Source: Octopus bimaculoides (lineage: Eukaryota). Taken from it: a stretch of DNA of 64,000 nucleotides. Every line of letters starts with the position of its first letter. The stretch's first letter is position 1. The position numbers and the translations under genes are program-made. Where the stretch lies: assembly GCF_001194135.2 (NCBI RefSeq), contig NC_068985.1:101405282-101469281 (forward strand). Reading direction: 5' to 3'. Of this stretch, positions 40,518-55,196 are shown in pieces. The notes beneath the pieces were generated by a model. It searched no databases. It saw nothing but the letters and a program-made list of their open reading frames with translations, and was not told the origin of the DNA.

Positions 40518-43514
40518 ATCATAAACTCCATGCTGTTGTTTCGGGATAATATGCGATAGTCCTTGACAAATAAGAGCAGTGATTACAAACACCATTCTTA
40601 GATTGTTCCCTTTTGTAATTGTCTCATATTAAATTCTCTGTTGTGATCGTATAGTAATTCGTGAACTCTTCTAAGCTGGAATCATATTCCTGAGATTGTA
40701 AGTAGGCTTGAGAGCAGTGCAACTATTATACATTTTATAAGTCTATTTCCCAAATTCCAGATTTAAATATCATCCTAGACAAACCTCCGTATACCTTCAA
40801 CAAAAAAATAGTTGCAGTTAGATTTTGTTTAAAATATTATGTGAACATATCTGAAAAATGTTTCATAATTAGCAATAATTGTAACTCCTTGAAAATGAGA
40901 TAGTATTGAACAGTGAATGAATTACATTTATGCATGAAACTCAGAAAACTTCGCGGTAAAATGAATTGGCAAATGTAACAAACAAGGACAATGCCACTTT
41001 TGTATGATAATTAACGTGATCTGGAAAAGAATTAATATGTGGATAAAACGTTTCCTTCTCTTTAGGCATAGTTGATTCTCTAATAAAGGGGGTGGTGGGT
41101 GTAATTGGGATTATTAGCCTATCGACTACCCAGAAGGATCTCAAAAATGATTCCCTCTATTCTTCATCACTTCACTGAATTCATAGATACATCTTCAACA
41201 CCTAGTCTTTGGTGACATATATGAAGAAATCATTCACTGGCCATTGAAACGGACGCTGATCCTGCATTTTGCAAAATTCTTCTGACATCATACCGACGAC
41301 AGTATTTTGTGAACTCACTGGAATTATCCTACATAAGTGCCAGAGATATATCTTCGCCTATTCTGGCTTCAACTCTGTAATCCTCAATCAGTTTAACTTG
41401 TTCATGTTCTTCAAATCCTTCACTTCGTCCTAGATTTATTTTTGTAATTTCTATAAATGTTATATACAGGCTTCACTTGAACAACACATATGTAGCGTCA
41501 ACAACGTCAGCTTATACAAACTTGCTAGTAAGATCGGTATTCAAAATTTATTTACTTTAATCCTACCAGTGGAATTCTTATTGTTCTGCAAATTGTGAAT
41601 GTTCTACAAATTTATTTGTTGTTAATTTCTATAAACCAGCAAGAATGATGTAGATGAGAATTTTACTACTCTACAATTCACATCTACATATTGAGTACTA
41701 CGAAAATAGTGAGAGAGAGAGAACGAGAGAGAGAGAGTGATTTTATGGTAGTCGTCTTATTACAGAGGAGATAAATTACTTTACATTACTTAACGAAGGG
41801 AGGGGTAACTGAAACGTGAATTATAAATGCAAATAGCAGTGAGTGTATGTCGGGATGTGAAAATCTTGTGAAATAGGTGAAGTTATGTGAGCACGAAAAA
41901 AAAAGTGTGGAAAATGTGGTTGGGTAATGTTTGCATGTGTTAGTGGAAAATATTTAGAGATGGAGGCTGGAGTAAATGTTCAGGATTGAGAACAAGGCTG
42001 GAGGAGTGACCATTGAAACAAGTGATGACTCACAGCACAGAGGTCAAGGATGAACATAAGAAAATGGCGTATGGTGGTTGGATGGCTAAAGTTATTGAGA
42101 ATGATTGGGAAGAGCGAAGCACGTACGATGAAAAATGAAAATATACTTAACAGTACTTAGATTGGGGCAGCAGAAGTTTATATGTTTGGAAATGCGATTT
42201 GTGGATAATAATGTTAAGTATAGGGAACGAATATGATTAGGAATTGTTTCCAGCGCGTAATCGAAAGAGCTGAAAATACCAAGATAAATATGTGTGTGTA
42301 TGCAATTATGCAAGCGCATTCATGATTACACACGAGAAGGTTAATGTGCTTTTAAATACGTGCATGCGAGTGTAATCAGTGCATTCTGTGTGAATATAGT
42401 CTAGTACAGAAAGACGTTGTTAAATCAATGGATACATTCCACATTACATATGTGTAAGTGAGATTCACTTCTGTGACTATTACCTTATTTGATGATAAAA
42501 GGATATCCTCAGTTTATAACATTCTTTTCCTTCTCTTTAGGCAAAACCGCCAACGCTTTATTGTATTCTTCACTCTTCTTCCTGAGTATTTTGTAATAAA
42601 CAGTAGTCACCCTCGTCATCAGTATCAACTTCACCATTACCACTGCATCCCACATCATCTTCCACTATCACTACCGCTACTACTACAATCAATGTCCTCA
42701 ATTGCATCAACAGTACCATCCTCATCCTCATCCTCATCCTCATCCACATTATCATCATTATCGTCATCATCATCATCCTTATCATCTTCACCAGCTGAAT
42801 CATTATCTCTGCTTTTCTACTTGATGGTCTATTTAAAGCGATTTATTATATAAAGAAATAAAATATACCAACTGTGTGATATCTAATTTTTTTTCTGTAT
42901 CACAATCTTTGTTAAATTATTTTCTTTTATATTCTCTGTCACACTCAAATTCATGGACTTATAACAGTGTGAAACATTGAAAATTGTACTTAATAAATCA
43001 ATGGTATTTCTATATTCTTTATTCCTCGTTGTGAATACAGGGACGTGGGAAAATATTCATACGTAAATGATGAGGAAACTAAATTAGAGTCACACACTAA
43101 AATTGATAAATACTGGTTTTAATGGTATTCCGATTTTATTTCACACTCATTGATGTTTTTACTTTAGAGTGATTTATGCCCACAGGAATAACTTGCACTT
43201 AAATATTTCACCATCATTTGATTAAATTTAAATCCCAGGCAACAAACAATATAATAAATATTATCAGCTCAAACGTTTTAATAAAATAACAATAGGGGGA
43301 AACCTTAGATTAGAATATTATAGGTTCAACCATTCAAAGGTGTTATTAAATATAGTTTTATTATACATAATCTTATTATAAACTGTGACACCATTATTTA
43401 CTTTCTTAATGATAGAATATATATATATATATATAACAATATAGTAAATTGCATCATAAAGATTTATGTATACAGTTATTTCATGATATGCGTGTTTCCT
43501 ATTCGATGTAACAT

Positions 43515-44560
43515 ACTACCGCCAAAATGCGGTATTGTGATGGGAACAGAAGCAGCGCCTGCCCTTGTGAGCCGAATAATGGGTGTCTTTGAATCTAGCA
43601 TATATGAACTTTCGTGGAATGGACGTCCCATTCCACCAGTATATAAGAGAAAGGTACCTAGACGATTGTTTTATCATCTGCAAGGAAACCTATGATACAC
43701 CTCTGGATTTCAAATCAACACTGAACAATATAAACTCCAATATTGAATTTACAATGGAATATAACACGGAACAGCTCCTATTTCTGGGCATTTTGATTAT
43801 AAAAATCCAACAACCAAATTGCAATTGACTTCTACTACAACAGACTCAAAGCAATATCTCCTTTCCAGTTCACGCCAAAATAAATATCCCATTCAATCTA
43901 GCAAAAAGGAACTGTACAATTGTATCTCACACAACCACTCGGGAAGTTCGCCTACAAGACCTCAAAATAACACTCATTGAACGTCAATATCCACCCCCGA
44001 TTATAGACCATGGAATTACACGTGCCAAGAAATTGGACACAAACACACTAAGGACAACAAAACACCACACATCACTTTAAATCACTCACATATATATCAA
44101 CCCAAAACCCCAGAAACAATAAAGCATACAACACAACTATACAAAATCTCCCTCTCCTCACCCAGACCCGAAAACGAACAACATCCTAAATACACATAAA
44201 CTCCTCAAAAGCAAAAGATAGCACAAATATTTAAGTGACTCCTAACAAATGCAAAACTATACTCAATATATACGATACCGACTCTAAAACATGCAGACGA
44301 CCTCATTGCAGTGCATTCCCACAGCTAACTGAAGGCTCGGAATTCACATTCCAGCAAGGAGAAACATTCTGAATTAAGTCCATCTTCACATGTGCTTCCC
44401 AGAACCTTATCTATGTCCTACACTGCTCAGGTTGTGGCCACAATTATGTGGGCTAAACGAGTCCTACTTTGAGACGCAGTGTCACGCTGCATAAAGAAGA
44501 TTCGTTTTCCTCAATATAGGCAGATAAACCTGATAATATATATTTGGACCAGCACATTTA
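43515..44560 (+). mobile_element. Penelope-like element RT plus GIY-YIG endonuclease relic
   Basis: KCGIVMGTEAAP, RYLDDCFII, LNNINSNIEFTMEYNTEQLLFL, IPFNLAKR, ERQYPPPIIDHGI, FTCASQNLIYVLHCSGCGHNYVG*TS; multiple frameshifts. Confidence 0.92.
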
Positions 44561-45293
44561 GGTGCAAGTCAATGTGTCCACGTATGTGAATATTCGTTTC
44601 TTAGTTAAACATGAGATTTAGCAGTGAAAGAGCACGCAGTGGATGCAAATTAATAACTAGCAACTTCTCTGTATTGCTGTCTTACACTATAGTACCAATC
44701 AAATTTACACAGTTGTGACTACAATGAAACCGACAGAAATTGTTTTGATAAGCGTGTATATTACAGCTTTTGTATTGTTGTTATATTCAGATTCATGATC
44801 TACCTCATAAGAGTCCGCTCTAGCCACATACAGCAGCACAAACGATAAGTACTATAAATATTTATTAAACGAAGTCTATTCAGACGAAAACACTTAAAAT
44901 AATCTTCGTTGGATTTATATAAACAAATGCAACAATGGATGCACTAAGAATTTATTTCTGTGTATGACAAGATATTGATGGATGGTAAAGTGTTCCTTTT
45001 ATAGCATTTGCCAAAATTACCTACAACGCTTTGTCTTATCTCGTCGTCTAGGTTTATATAGAAAACACTCATTTCTGAGGGAAAATGTACATTCCTCAAT
45101 ATCTATCACATATTCCTCTCTAAATATCAGTATATCACATTCATTGTCCAAGTTTTCTTTATTTCTTTCATTATCCATATAATCTCTTTTCTCATTCCTC
45201 CCTCTCTGTTTAAATATCGCTGTCTTTCTCTCGCAACTCTCTCTCACACACACATATGCATATATATGCATATGTGTACGTATATTCATATAA

Positions 45294-45330
<37 letters not shown>

Positions 45331-45331
45331 A

Positions 45332-45364
<33 letters not shown>

Positions 45365-45539
45365 CAGATAGATTTGTATATGTATACATATATGTATGTA
45401 TATAAACATGTATATATATANNNNNNNNNNNNNNNNNNNNNNNNNNNNNNNNNNNNNNNNNNNNNNNNNNNNNNNNNNNNNACGATCATATTTATAAATG
45501 CGTATGGGTTTTAGTTTTGTGAATGTATTTACATCTAAT

Positions 45540-45780
45540 CCAGCCGTCAGTGTTCCAATTACTGAAACACCAGAATGACCTACTCATTGAATTCGCGTGT
45601 GGTTGGCGAAATATTCCAGAGACACACGTACATTTACTGCTATTCTTAGAAACAATCAGACTGTAAATACATGTGCATACTATCTGATGGGTCTCCAGTT
45701 TGTTTCTCTTTGCCTAGTTTTCTTTCTCATGGTCGATTATAGTCTGTAACATTCACTTGCTTAAGACGCTACGCTATCAG
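45540..45780 (-). mobile_element. Old CORE-type SINE copy
   Basis: Decayed reverse complement of the CORE region (CACTTGCTTAAGACGCTACGC resembles CACTTGCCCAAGGTGCCACGC). Confidence 0.5.
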
Positions 45781-46691
45781 ATCAACTGCCTATTTGTGTG
45801 TGCATTTCGTTTCTCAAACACGCGATTATATGAATGTACATTTTTCGTAAGCCCGCATTGAATATGCTATGAATTATCAATTGTCTTTTTACGCGTTACT
45901 TATTAATCTAATCAAACAATTAATATTATAATTTGTGTATACGCAAATTACTATGACAACAAACGTTGAAATCCAAAAAGGTCTCGTTCCTTAAAGACGG
46001 ATAAAAAGACACAAGTGATAAGCGCATTTGAAGTTCATAAAAATCAGTATAAAAGATAGGTTGTACTATTTGTAACTTATTCAAAGAAAAGTAAATCTTA
46101 CATCATTTGCTGAGCAACGTTGTATGCAGGTTATATTTATAGTACTTCGTCGTTCATTGAAAACCAGCCGCCAACGATCAAAGGTTTTATCGATTGTCTT
46201 CAGATAAGGAACACGATATTCATGATCTTCAGTCATATTGCCTTTAGGAAAATGTCATCCAACTTCGACTACAACAAATTTGTGTTTTACTTGAGGAATA
46301 TATTTACCTGCCGTTTTTAAATGAACGACACCTAATGTCTATAGCTTAGTGTATGCTGGAACATAACATATTACGCAGAAAGCGCTAAGCATCCATTTGA
46401 AGGAAACTTATTATATTTATGTTATATACTTTTAAAAATTCAATATGTCACATAATTTAAGGCCGTGTTGTACAAAATATATACAGCGGAAATTTCTAGT
46501 ACTTTCCAGTAGGGAAGATGAAGTTTTCTCATAAAGTTTGCGCACATTAACATTGCATTTATGCGAAGTAACAAAAATTGAGGGTTAACAAAAATTGAGG
46601 GTTAGCAATATGGCTCTTTCAAGGACTCTCATATTATAAGCGTCAGCTAGAATCAATCCACACACACGCATACACACACACACACACAAGG

Positions 46692-46738
<47 letters not shown>

Positions 46739-46740
46739 CA

Positions 46741-46812
46741 CAAGATGACAAATGTCCGTCAAATGTAAATAATGTACATAATTATTCCTCATCTCTTCAA
46801 TATAGAACTGTT
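46741..46812 (+). mobile_element. Isolated 3' tail of the hammerhead-bearing repeat family seen at 63300-63373
   Basis: CAAATGTCCGTCAAATGTAAATAATGTACATAATT..CCTCATCTCTT.AATATAG matches 63311-63372; follows a (TA)n array. Confidence 0.85.
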
Positions 46813-47124
46813 TTTATAAGATATTCAAATATGAACCTTTTGGTATTTACCTGGACAATCATATATACATTTGTTGCATTCTCTATAAATGTGTTGGATG
46901 CATGAAACACCGCTTTGCTAGTATATTATATGCGAACGAACGGGTCCAAGAGTACGATTCACATTGATTGGTGGTCTCTATAATACATAAATTCAAATAC
47001 CGCCATTTAGTTCATTTTCTGTTTAATATATGGACACGCACAGGAGAGGAAATTCTGTAAACGGTTTCAAGCTCTATACAATGTTTATACGATTTTTTAA
47101 AACTTTTATCTACTATCATTTTCA

Positions 47125-47312
47125 GGTAGCACAGATGGTTCGGTGAATTTCTTCCGGCTTTACATTCTGAATTCCAATTTCCGTAAAGTTGACGTGTCTT
47201 TCTCAATTCCCGGGGTCGATAAAATAAGTACCGGTTGAGCACTTGTGTCGATATTGTCGACTAGCACCACCTCCTTATAATTTCAGCCCTTGTACCTATA
47301 GTAGTGAAGATT
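47125..47312 (+). mobile_element. SINE (abundant family)
   Basis: CGGGGTCGATAAAATAAGTACCGGTTGAGCAC...GCCCTTGTACCTATAGTAG. Confidence 0.8.
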
Positions 47313-48964
47313 TCTGGCTACATACTTTTCTTACAACCACAACATGTCGGAATGTTTCAGAGCTTTATTAACACATCTCAATTTAAATTATATAATCATC
47401 ATTATGTATTCGATTATTAACAATACCGTTTGAAGCTTTATAGCATTAAATGTTCGCTGGCATCTTTTCTGATTACTAATATGTAATTTTATTACTGATT
47501 TTGATATATACCTAATTTACATGCTATTCTGTTAAGCAGAATAGGCCGAACACACTAATGAAGGTCATATGTTATATGATAACGAATCAGCAAGATCTAC
47601 ACCACTAAATTTCCCCATCCTGCAGAAACATAAGAAATGAATTGTATGAATAGGTTATGTTTCTACTTTAAAATTAGACCATAGTGATTAAATCTTAATG
47701 GCGAGTACTGTGGGGTACATAAAACCACATTTCCTGTCGACTTCCTGAACTTTATTAAATCAGTGGCCTTCGTAGCAAGAGAAATTTAGCGAAAGTAGCA
47801 TTCATGACCCCAGAATTAGGTAGGATCTTGAAGCAAATGTTATGCTAATCATTTATGCATACTAATGGCATATAGTAGTAGTCCTTCACAAGTTCCTCCA
47901 CCTTCTGAACTCGTGTGCCATTGGAGATCTTTATGCACAGCATTCATAAAATAAACATTCACTCTTATTTTTTACATATATCTTCCCAGTAAACAAGCGT
48001 GAATATTCCATGGAATTGCATTTATGCTCATGCATTGATAGGTGATATACAAAACTTAGTTCCATTAAAAAAAAAACGCACCTTTTACTATCTAATCACT
48101 ACCGCCTGCTCCACCACCACCACTACCATCGTCTCTGTTTCCCACCTCCTCTATCTCTCTCCTTTCTCAACCTTTCTTCAACCTCACCATCAGAACATCA
48201 ACCCTCTGCTAAAATTATATTTTAACTCTCCTCCTCTATATCATCACAACCTTCAACAAACATTTTAAACCACGTAATAAATATTACATTCCTCCTACGT
48301 CACCTCATGGACGCTTCACTTTTCGTCTTTTTCTTACTCCGCTCTCTCCCGCAACTATTCACGTGAAAGCGTTACAATTGCAATCCCTGTGCCTCACTTC
48401 TATCTCCCTCTTTTTTCTCTCACTTTTTTTTCTACCTCTTTTGCACTTGAAAACGATCATGAAGGGCTAACGAAATGACAAGTAGAATTATCATAATATT
48501 CGTGGGGAAATTTTGGATTACAAGAAAAGATTAACGATCTACAAAATATCTACTGATATCTGTATGACAATCTTCGTACCAACAAGATAGGTTACTTTGC
48601 ACATAGAGAGAGATATTAGAAACCTTAGAGAGATATTAGAAATAACTACTTAGTAAGAAGACGCTGATACGTTATCATTTTATCCACCAGCAATCGTAAA
48701 CATTACATTACGGATATGGGTTTGTAATATCATGTATAGATAAGCGCGGCATTTTCGTTACGTCTATGGCACTAATTTTCATAAAATGTGTTTTTCCTAT
48801 ATCTATACCGTGGCCAGATATCAGGACCTCGTAAAAACAAGTAAAACCTGTCAGCCTCTTTCAGAATGAACTGACAGGATCTTTTTCTATGCTCACAAAT
48901 TTACTACACGCAAAAGCACACATACATATACTCACGCTTATAAGCACACATGTATAAATATAAA

Positions 48965-49640
48965 TACGTATGAGGATAAAATTGTTTAAAATAATATCAG
49001 TGGCTTAGCATGTGTAAAAAAAATCCCCACACAATCAGACATATCCATATCACCGTGATTTCGAACTTTGAGTAATACACTTAGTTCATCCTGAGCGAGT
49101 CTTACAGACCCCAGTGATATAGAGTCTGTTTATCTCACCCAATGTGTGCGATAACCGTTTTTTCATGTCAAAGCAAATTTAAACATGTGATCGAAGTGAA
49201 TAAAAATGGTATCAATATATATGAAGATATTGATGCTTATAATAACATCAGTGTCCTAGCATGCGTAAAAACACCATAAAGGTAAAACAAAATATTAAAT
49301 ACTAACAAAGAGTACTAACTTGCAATACCGGCTCGCTAACATAGCAATCAAAATGACGAAACCACAAATCTTCACTTAAACAGAAAGGTGGATGCGGACA
49401 AATGAACAAAATACCTAAGACCCCGTAACCAATGACGAACATAATCGAAAACTGATGAAGTCAGATATAAGCGTATCAACGTTATTTCGAACTTTGAGAC
49501 ATACTCTTAGTTCATCCTCAGCGAGACTTAGTGAACTCAGTGTTGTAAAGTTGATCGAAATAGAAACAAATTATATAAATATATACGAGGATATTTAATA
49601 TCAGTGGCTTAGCATGCGTAAAAAAACACATAAAGTTTAA
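48965..49640 (+). repeat. Degenerate tandem repeat of ~180-255-bp units (2 plus 1 partial)
   Basis: Motif ATCAGTGGCTTAGCATG.GTAAAAA at 48994, 49245 and 49598; motif ATTTCGAACTTTGAG...CTTAGTTCATCCT.AGCGAG at 49058 and 49484. Confidence 0.8.
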
Positions 49641-49957
49641 AAATATCAATTAATAATCATAAAGTACTGAAATAGTTATTAACGATAATATCCTCATTTA
49701 TATTTATATAATTTTTATTAATTTCAATCAACATTATGAACTTGCTGCGCCATTAATAACCATCATCGTACACATTGGTTGAGATCAACACACGCTATAA
49801 CACTGGGTTCCATAAAACTCACTCAGCATGAACTAAGCGGATTTCTCAAAGTTTGAAATAACGGCGAGAGGGATATGTCCGAAATTTTCAATTTTCGTTT
49901 ATTTTCCTCATTGGCACGGGGTCTTAAGATTTTTGCTCCTTGAATTGCATCCACTTT

Positions 49958-49961
<4 letters not shown>
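49381..49961. repeat. Old inverted repeat pair (49381-49454 / 49888-49961)
   Basis: ~74-bp arms at roughly 75% identity, sharing GGATGC...AAGACCCCGT..CAATGA. Confidence 0.7.
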
Positions 49962-49994
<33 letters not shown>

Positions 49995-50369
49995 TAGAAT
50001 TAGATTCCATATCGTCTGACCACTAAACAAAGATTGTTCTCAAGAAAACTCGGTAAACGCCAGAACGTAAGCGAGCAAGACAAATGAAAAGATACAAATT
50101 ATAATGATTAGTCACATACCAGGTTTCGTTGTTACCACTTATATAATTATATACGTAAATGTCTGGAATTCATCAGTGTGGCCGGCATAGCAAAATATAA
50201 TGTGCAGAACTAAACACGAGATGTCCACACGAGAATGAACTTGCATACAGTTTGGGTAATTACATTTGGGGGTAACATTTAAAATGTCTTCCTATTGGCG
50301 CGTCAAATACCGGAAATAACTATGCAGAAAATAATTTGCTCCAGTGTATCATGCCGGTTAGAGGATATT

Positions 50370-50790
50370 GAAACTGACGACGATAGAGAATGAGAAACAC
50401 TGTTTACTTTATATTACCTGAATAGGTTTCTGATACAAATTGCACGGACACAATTGACGTTTTATGTAAAATGTTCAGTGAAAAAACATTGTTATTCAAC
50501 GAACGTTGAAAGTGTTTGAACACGGATGGAAGCGACGACGAAGGCTTTACTAAATATATTGGTAGAGTCACCAGAGTTTGCGAGAGATTTAAATTGGATA
50601 AGCTAAATCCAGACACATTGAGGTGCTTGATTTCTGCTCAGGGCCTTCTTGTTAAAAATGACACAGAGGTTAAAACGAAAATTCTCACAAACCGGGAAAT
50701 GAACCAGGCTACAATACCCCCGAAACTGTCGGAAGAGTACTTTAAGATATTAAGGGTAATGCACGACACAGTAAAAAATCCAACGCAGAT
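50370..50790 (+). mobile_element. Ty3/Gypsy LTR retrotransposon gag-like relic
   Basis: LCKMFSEKTLLFNER*KCLN..DDEGFTKYIGRVTRVCERFKLDKLNPDTLRCLISAQGL..DTEVKTKILT matches the invertebrate Gypsy gag pattern SLF..RY.CL..DY..YAG.VN..CE.FKL..D.FKCLIF..GL. Confidence 0.8.
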
Positions 50791-52338
50791 ACTGCTTACA
50801 TATACGACTAATGTGGAAGAGTCGGAAGTCGGATCAAATGTTTCACAAAAAATACGATATACCTATTCTGTGTGAGGTGTACAAGGATCAGAACGTTTAG
50901 GATATATGAGAGTATATATTCCTGTACTTCATTTCTTCTTTTGAACATTAGATTTTCTATTCACGTAACATTACTTGAATACCCTATAGAATAAAATTAT
51001 TCAAAATCGATTAAATACATTAACCTAGATTGTAGGTTAGAGATTATATCCAACGTGTTTTCATCAGCACAACACCTGATATTCATTCTTATATTTTTGG
51101 TGACTAGCAACAGATAATATTCGCGTCTGTTTTTGTTTTTTTTTCTATAGTGCCTGACACATAAAATTAATATCTAAACATATGCACACACATTCATACA
51201 TGCATACATATATACATACGCGTGTGTGCGTCTGGCATTCTGTATCCATGGTTGTGTGCTTGTTTGGCCATATATGTATAAATATAAGCATGTATACATA
51301 CGTGTATATACATATGCATGTATATATGTCTATATACATAAAAAAAAAATTACATATATATATATATACTGGACGTCACCAACGGTGCAAATAACATGAA
51401 ATACGTAAAGAAGAAGTAAAAATGGAAAACAAGAGAAGTTAACACAGGAAAAGACATTTATCAATTGTCAACTGACTATCTACTCCTCATTTCGTGCATG
51501 CAAAGACAATATGAGACTTCAAAAACAGTTGCTACCATAAATTCTAAAATAAAATTTCGGATTTATGGAGGGCCAAAGTTGTGAGCAAAAAAATGACAGT
51601 GGAGACATATGAGGAAACCGAACGAAAACAAACATGAATGGTCGTTAGACAAGAACGAGAGGAAAATAATGAACGCTGGGAGAAACATCTTTTTTCGTGC
51701 AGGAAAAAAAGATGGTAATGTGAGGGAAGAAAGATGACGATGGCCGCGTGTGAGCAACGAGACAGAGAGAGAGATAGAGAAAAATGGAAAGAGTGCAGAG
51801 AGAGAGAGAGAGAGAGAGAGAGTGATAGNNNNNNNNNNNNNNNNNNNNNNNNNNNNNNNNNNNNNNNNNNNNNNNNNNNNNNNNNNNNNNNNNNNNNNNN
51901 NNNNNNNNNNNNNNNNNNNNNNNNNNNNNNNNNNNNNNNNNNNNNNNNNNNNNNNNNNNNNNNNNNNNNNNNNNNNNNNNNNNNNNNNNNNNNNNNNNNN
52001 NNNNNNNNNNNNNNNNNNNNNNNNNNNNNNNNNNNNNNNNNNNNNNNNNNNNNNNNNNNNNNNNNNNNNNNNNNNNNNNNNNNNNNNNNNNNNNNNNNNN
52101 NNNNNNNNNNNNNNNNNNNNNNNNNNNNNNNNNNNNNNNNNNNNNNNNNNNNNNNNNNNNNNNNNNNNNNNNNNNNNNNNNNNNNNNNNNNNNNNNNNNN
52201 NNNNNNNNNNNNNNNNNNNNNNNNNNNNNNNNNNNNNNNNNNNNNNNNNNNNNNNNNNNNNNNNNNNNNNNNNNNNNNNNNNNNNNNNNNNNNNNNNNNN
52301 NNNNNNNNNNNNNNNNNNNNNNNNNNNNNNNNNNNNNN

Positions 52339-52372
<34 letters not shown>

Positions 52373-54483
52373 TCAAACTTGATATGCTTCCTCTTTCAAA
52401 TTTCCATGTCTTCTTTCCGTGTTCAGTTGACTAAAGTACCAATAATATATTGATTCTCAAGTATTCTTATAATTCCTGACTTTTAAATTGGTGGGCTCTT
52501 TCCTAAAATTACAAAAAAAATGCTATACCGTTTTCCTTATATATGTGTGCTTAAATGTGTATATGTTTAGAATAATAAGAAACACTTCCCTTGGCATTCT
52601 ATTGGTATTCTTTCACACGTAAATGTGTGTGAATCGCGTGTTAACAGTAGAGTTCTCAAATAATTATTTGAAAACATAATTATCCCATTTGAATTTACTG
52701 AATGCTCGTAGATTCAACATTTTTGTTCCTATAATTTTGGCCGAATATTTTCAATATCAATCCACAATACTGAACTTCGATTTTCCGGATCAGGTGCTGG
52801 AGTGTGTTCTATACTATAAGTGAAGGTATGGAGCAATAACATCTTTTTTTTTTTTTTTTTTGATTTAGTAAGAAAGTCACGTATCATGAATTCCGCAATA
52901 TTTAGACATGAACATTGAGATTTACAGTAGGAAAGGAATATGAATTTCAGCATATTTCAATAACTTACAAGTGGCCATATTGGCGTGTGAAAAATATGAA
53001 ACATTAATCCCATAGAGATCCCCATGAGCTTGAAAATCACGGAGAAAACAAATATTAAATGTTACCATATTTGCTTTCAAAAACATTTGTCTTCCACTTT
53101 ACACATAGGGAGAATTGTCCTGTCAAGTAAAAAAAAAGAGAAAACTACTTACCGAATAACAAATAAATAGCGATCAACTTGGTACTTGTCAAAAGTCATA
53201 TAGATTTTTCTCTATTTTATTTCCAGTACCTGACGGGACAATATATGTATGCAATTGTGCCAATAAACATTACCTGAACATATGTAGGCAGATGCCTGTC
53301 ATAATCTTTTTCCTTGCCTTTTGCGGTTAAACCAATGATACGTAACAATCAATTTTTGTTTGGAACCTATATAAAAGTCAGAGTTATAATTCTGCTGCAA
53401 AAAGAACTTGTGCCATGTTACTGGTTCGTGCTATTATCTGCGAGATATAAGAAACTTTTAGATTGATATAATCCAGATATAATAAGTACAACAATATTGC
53501 TTTTATGTAATCCTTTCCCTAGCTATGACGAAATTTACTTGATTCTGGCTGACGAGTCCAGACATAATTTAAATAATTAAAAGTCGTGTGTGCTCTAATA
53601 GTAGCTACCATACCAATCTTATTCAGGGTTGATAGATCGCATGTGTCTAAATCCGGACAACATTTTACTGGGAAAACCCATTTCATGTTTTCATCAAATG
53701 ATATGGATGTAGCGTAGATTACATTGGACAAACCAAACTGAACTTCATAATAAGTTTAGCGATTCATGATGAAGTAAGAAATTCCACTAGCCTAATTCCA
53801 TTCAATGAAACATTTGAAAGCATGAGCAACAAGCAGGACTCCTCATGCTTATTATATCTGCTTTATTATTGTGAATTGTTGTGACATTCTTCATTTTTCA
53901 TATCCGGGCTTCATTTTTCATATCCGTGCCTAAGATGGTTTTATTTATCAATCGTTTCGCTTCCCATCTTCACTATTCGTGGGTCGAAAGCGTGTGCAAA
54001 ATTAAATGTACATCACATATGGTGCATCCTTGCATTTTCAATTACGTTATTGCCTTTGTTGAACTCATGAACAAAATATGCCGAATATGCTTCTTTGTCA
54101 CTTCTATTACAGCTTTGAAAAAACAACTGTTAAAATCCACTCTTCAAAATTGCAAGAATAAGGACAAGGTAAAATGTACTACTTGCTTGAACAGCAAGTT
54201 AAAGCAGGTAGTTTATTTCGTCACCCTCCGTCTTTTAATTCATGCAATTGAAAAACAAACATTATATATGGGATGACCCAACATACACACACATGAACAC
54301 ACATACAAAGACATGCACGAACACATACACTCACATGTATATCTACCAGAATTAACAGAGTGACCCAATGTATGAAGCGCCAACGCACGAACCTCTCGGA
54401 ACTTCTGCTAAATATTAATAGAAATATTCATATACTCATATTCTGAGCTCTATTGTCCCTGTTTGCATCAACACACACACACG

Positions 54484-54557
<74 letters not shown>

Positions 54558-54601
54558 GAGAGAGAGACAGACAGACAGAGAAAAGGAGATACATTTATAT
54601 A

Positions 54602-54647
<46 letters not shown>

Positions 54648-55149
54648 GTATCTATGCATGTATGTATCATTACTAAATGGATCTTGACTTTCACACGCAG
54701 CACGACTGTAACTTATAAATAAATAATGAATATATATTTGCTTCTGCTATGGCCACATAATGTCAAACAGATATTCCTCTCTGTCGCCTAGATGTATAAA
54801 ACTCCATTTTGTAAAAATTCACATATTACACATATATTTCACCGTATTATTATCTTAAAGCTCGCTGAAAATCTGCATAACATACATGCTCACATAGTAA
54901 ATTCCATAAATACTTAAGTATCTGTCTGAATCTCATGTGATCCAAAATCCTTCATTCATAAGTTATATTTACCTCCCTGCTTTCTTCCTGATTGCTGTGC
55001 CAAAATATTCGCCTTGCTTTTCATTCAATATATAAGGTCGGATCTGTTTCGGCGAGCTGCCAAATTGGAAAATTCCATTTTCAGTTTGGTATTCTCTATA
55101 CACACAATTGTCAAATTTAGTAACACACACGCACACGCACACACACACA

Positions 55150-55196
<47 letters not shown>

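Noticed and set aside
41820-42300. Purine-rich tract possibly the C-terminus of an L2/CR1 element (similar tract at 48040-48400)
   Set aside because: Composition is suggestive but no diagnostic motif could be read, so it was not called as a feature.
48965-49640. CRISPR-like repeat/spacer pattern
   Set aside because: Eukaryotic context, irregular spacing, divergent repeats and homologous intervening sequence; it is a decayed tandem duplication.
53527-53558. Possible type II hammerhead (GAC-GAAA...CTGACGA-GTC)
   Set aside because: Stem II is only 3 bp, and there is no room for stems I and III between the core segments.
53519-53731. 70-aa minus-strand ORF with protein-like composition
   Set aside because: No recognisable domain and only a weak acceptor; length is within chance expectation.
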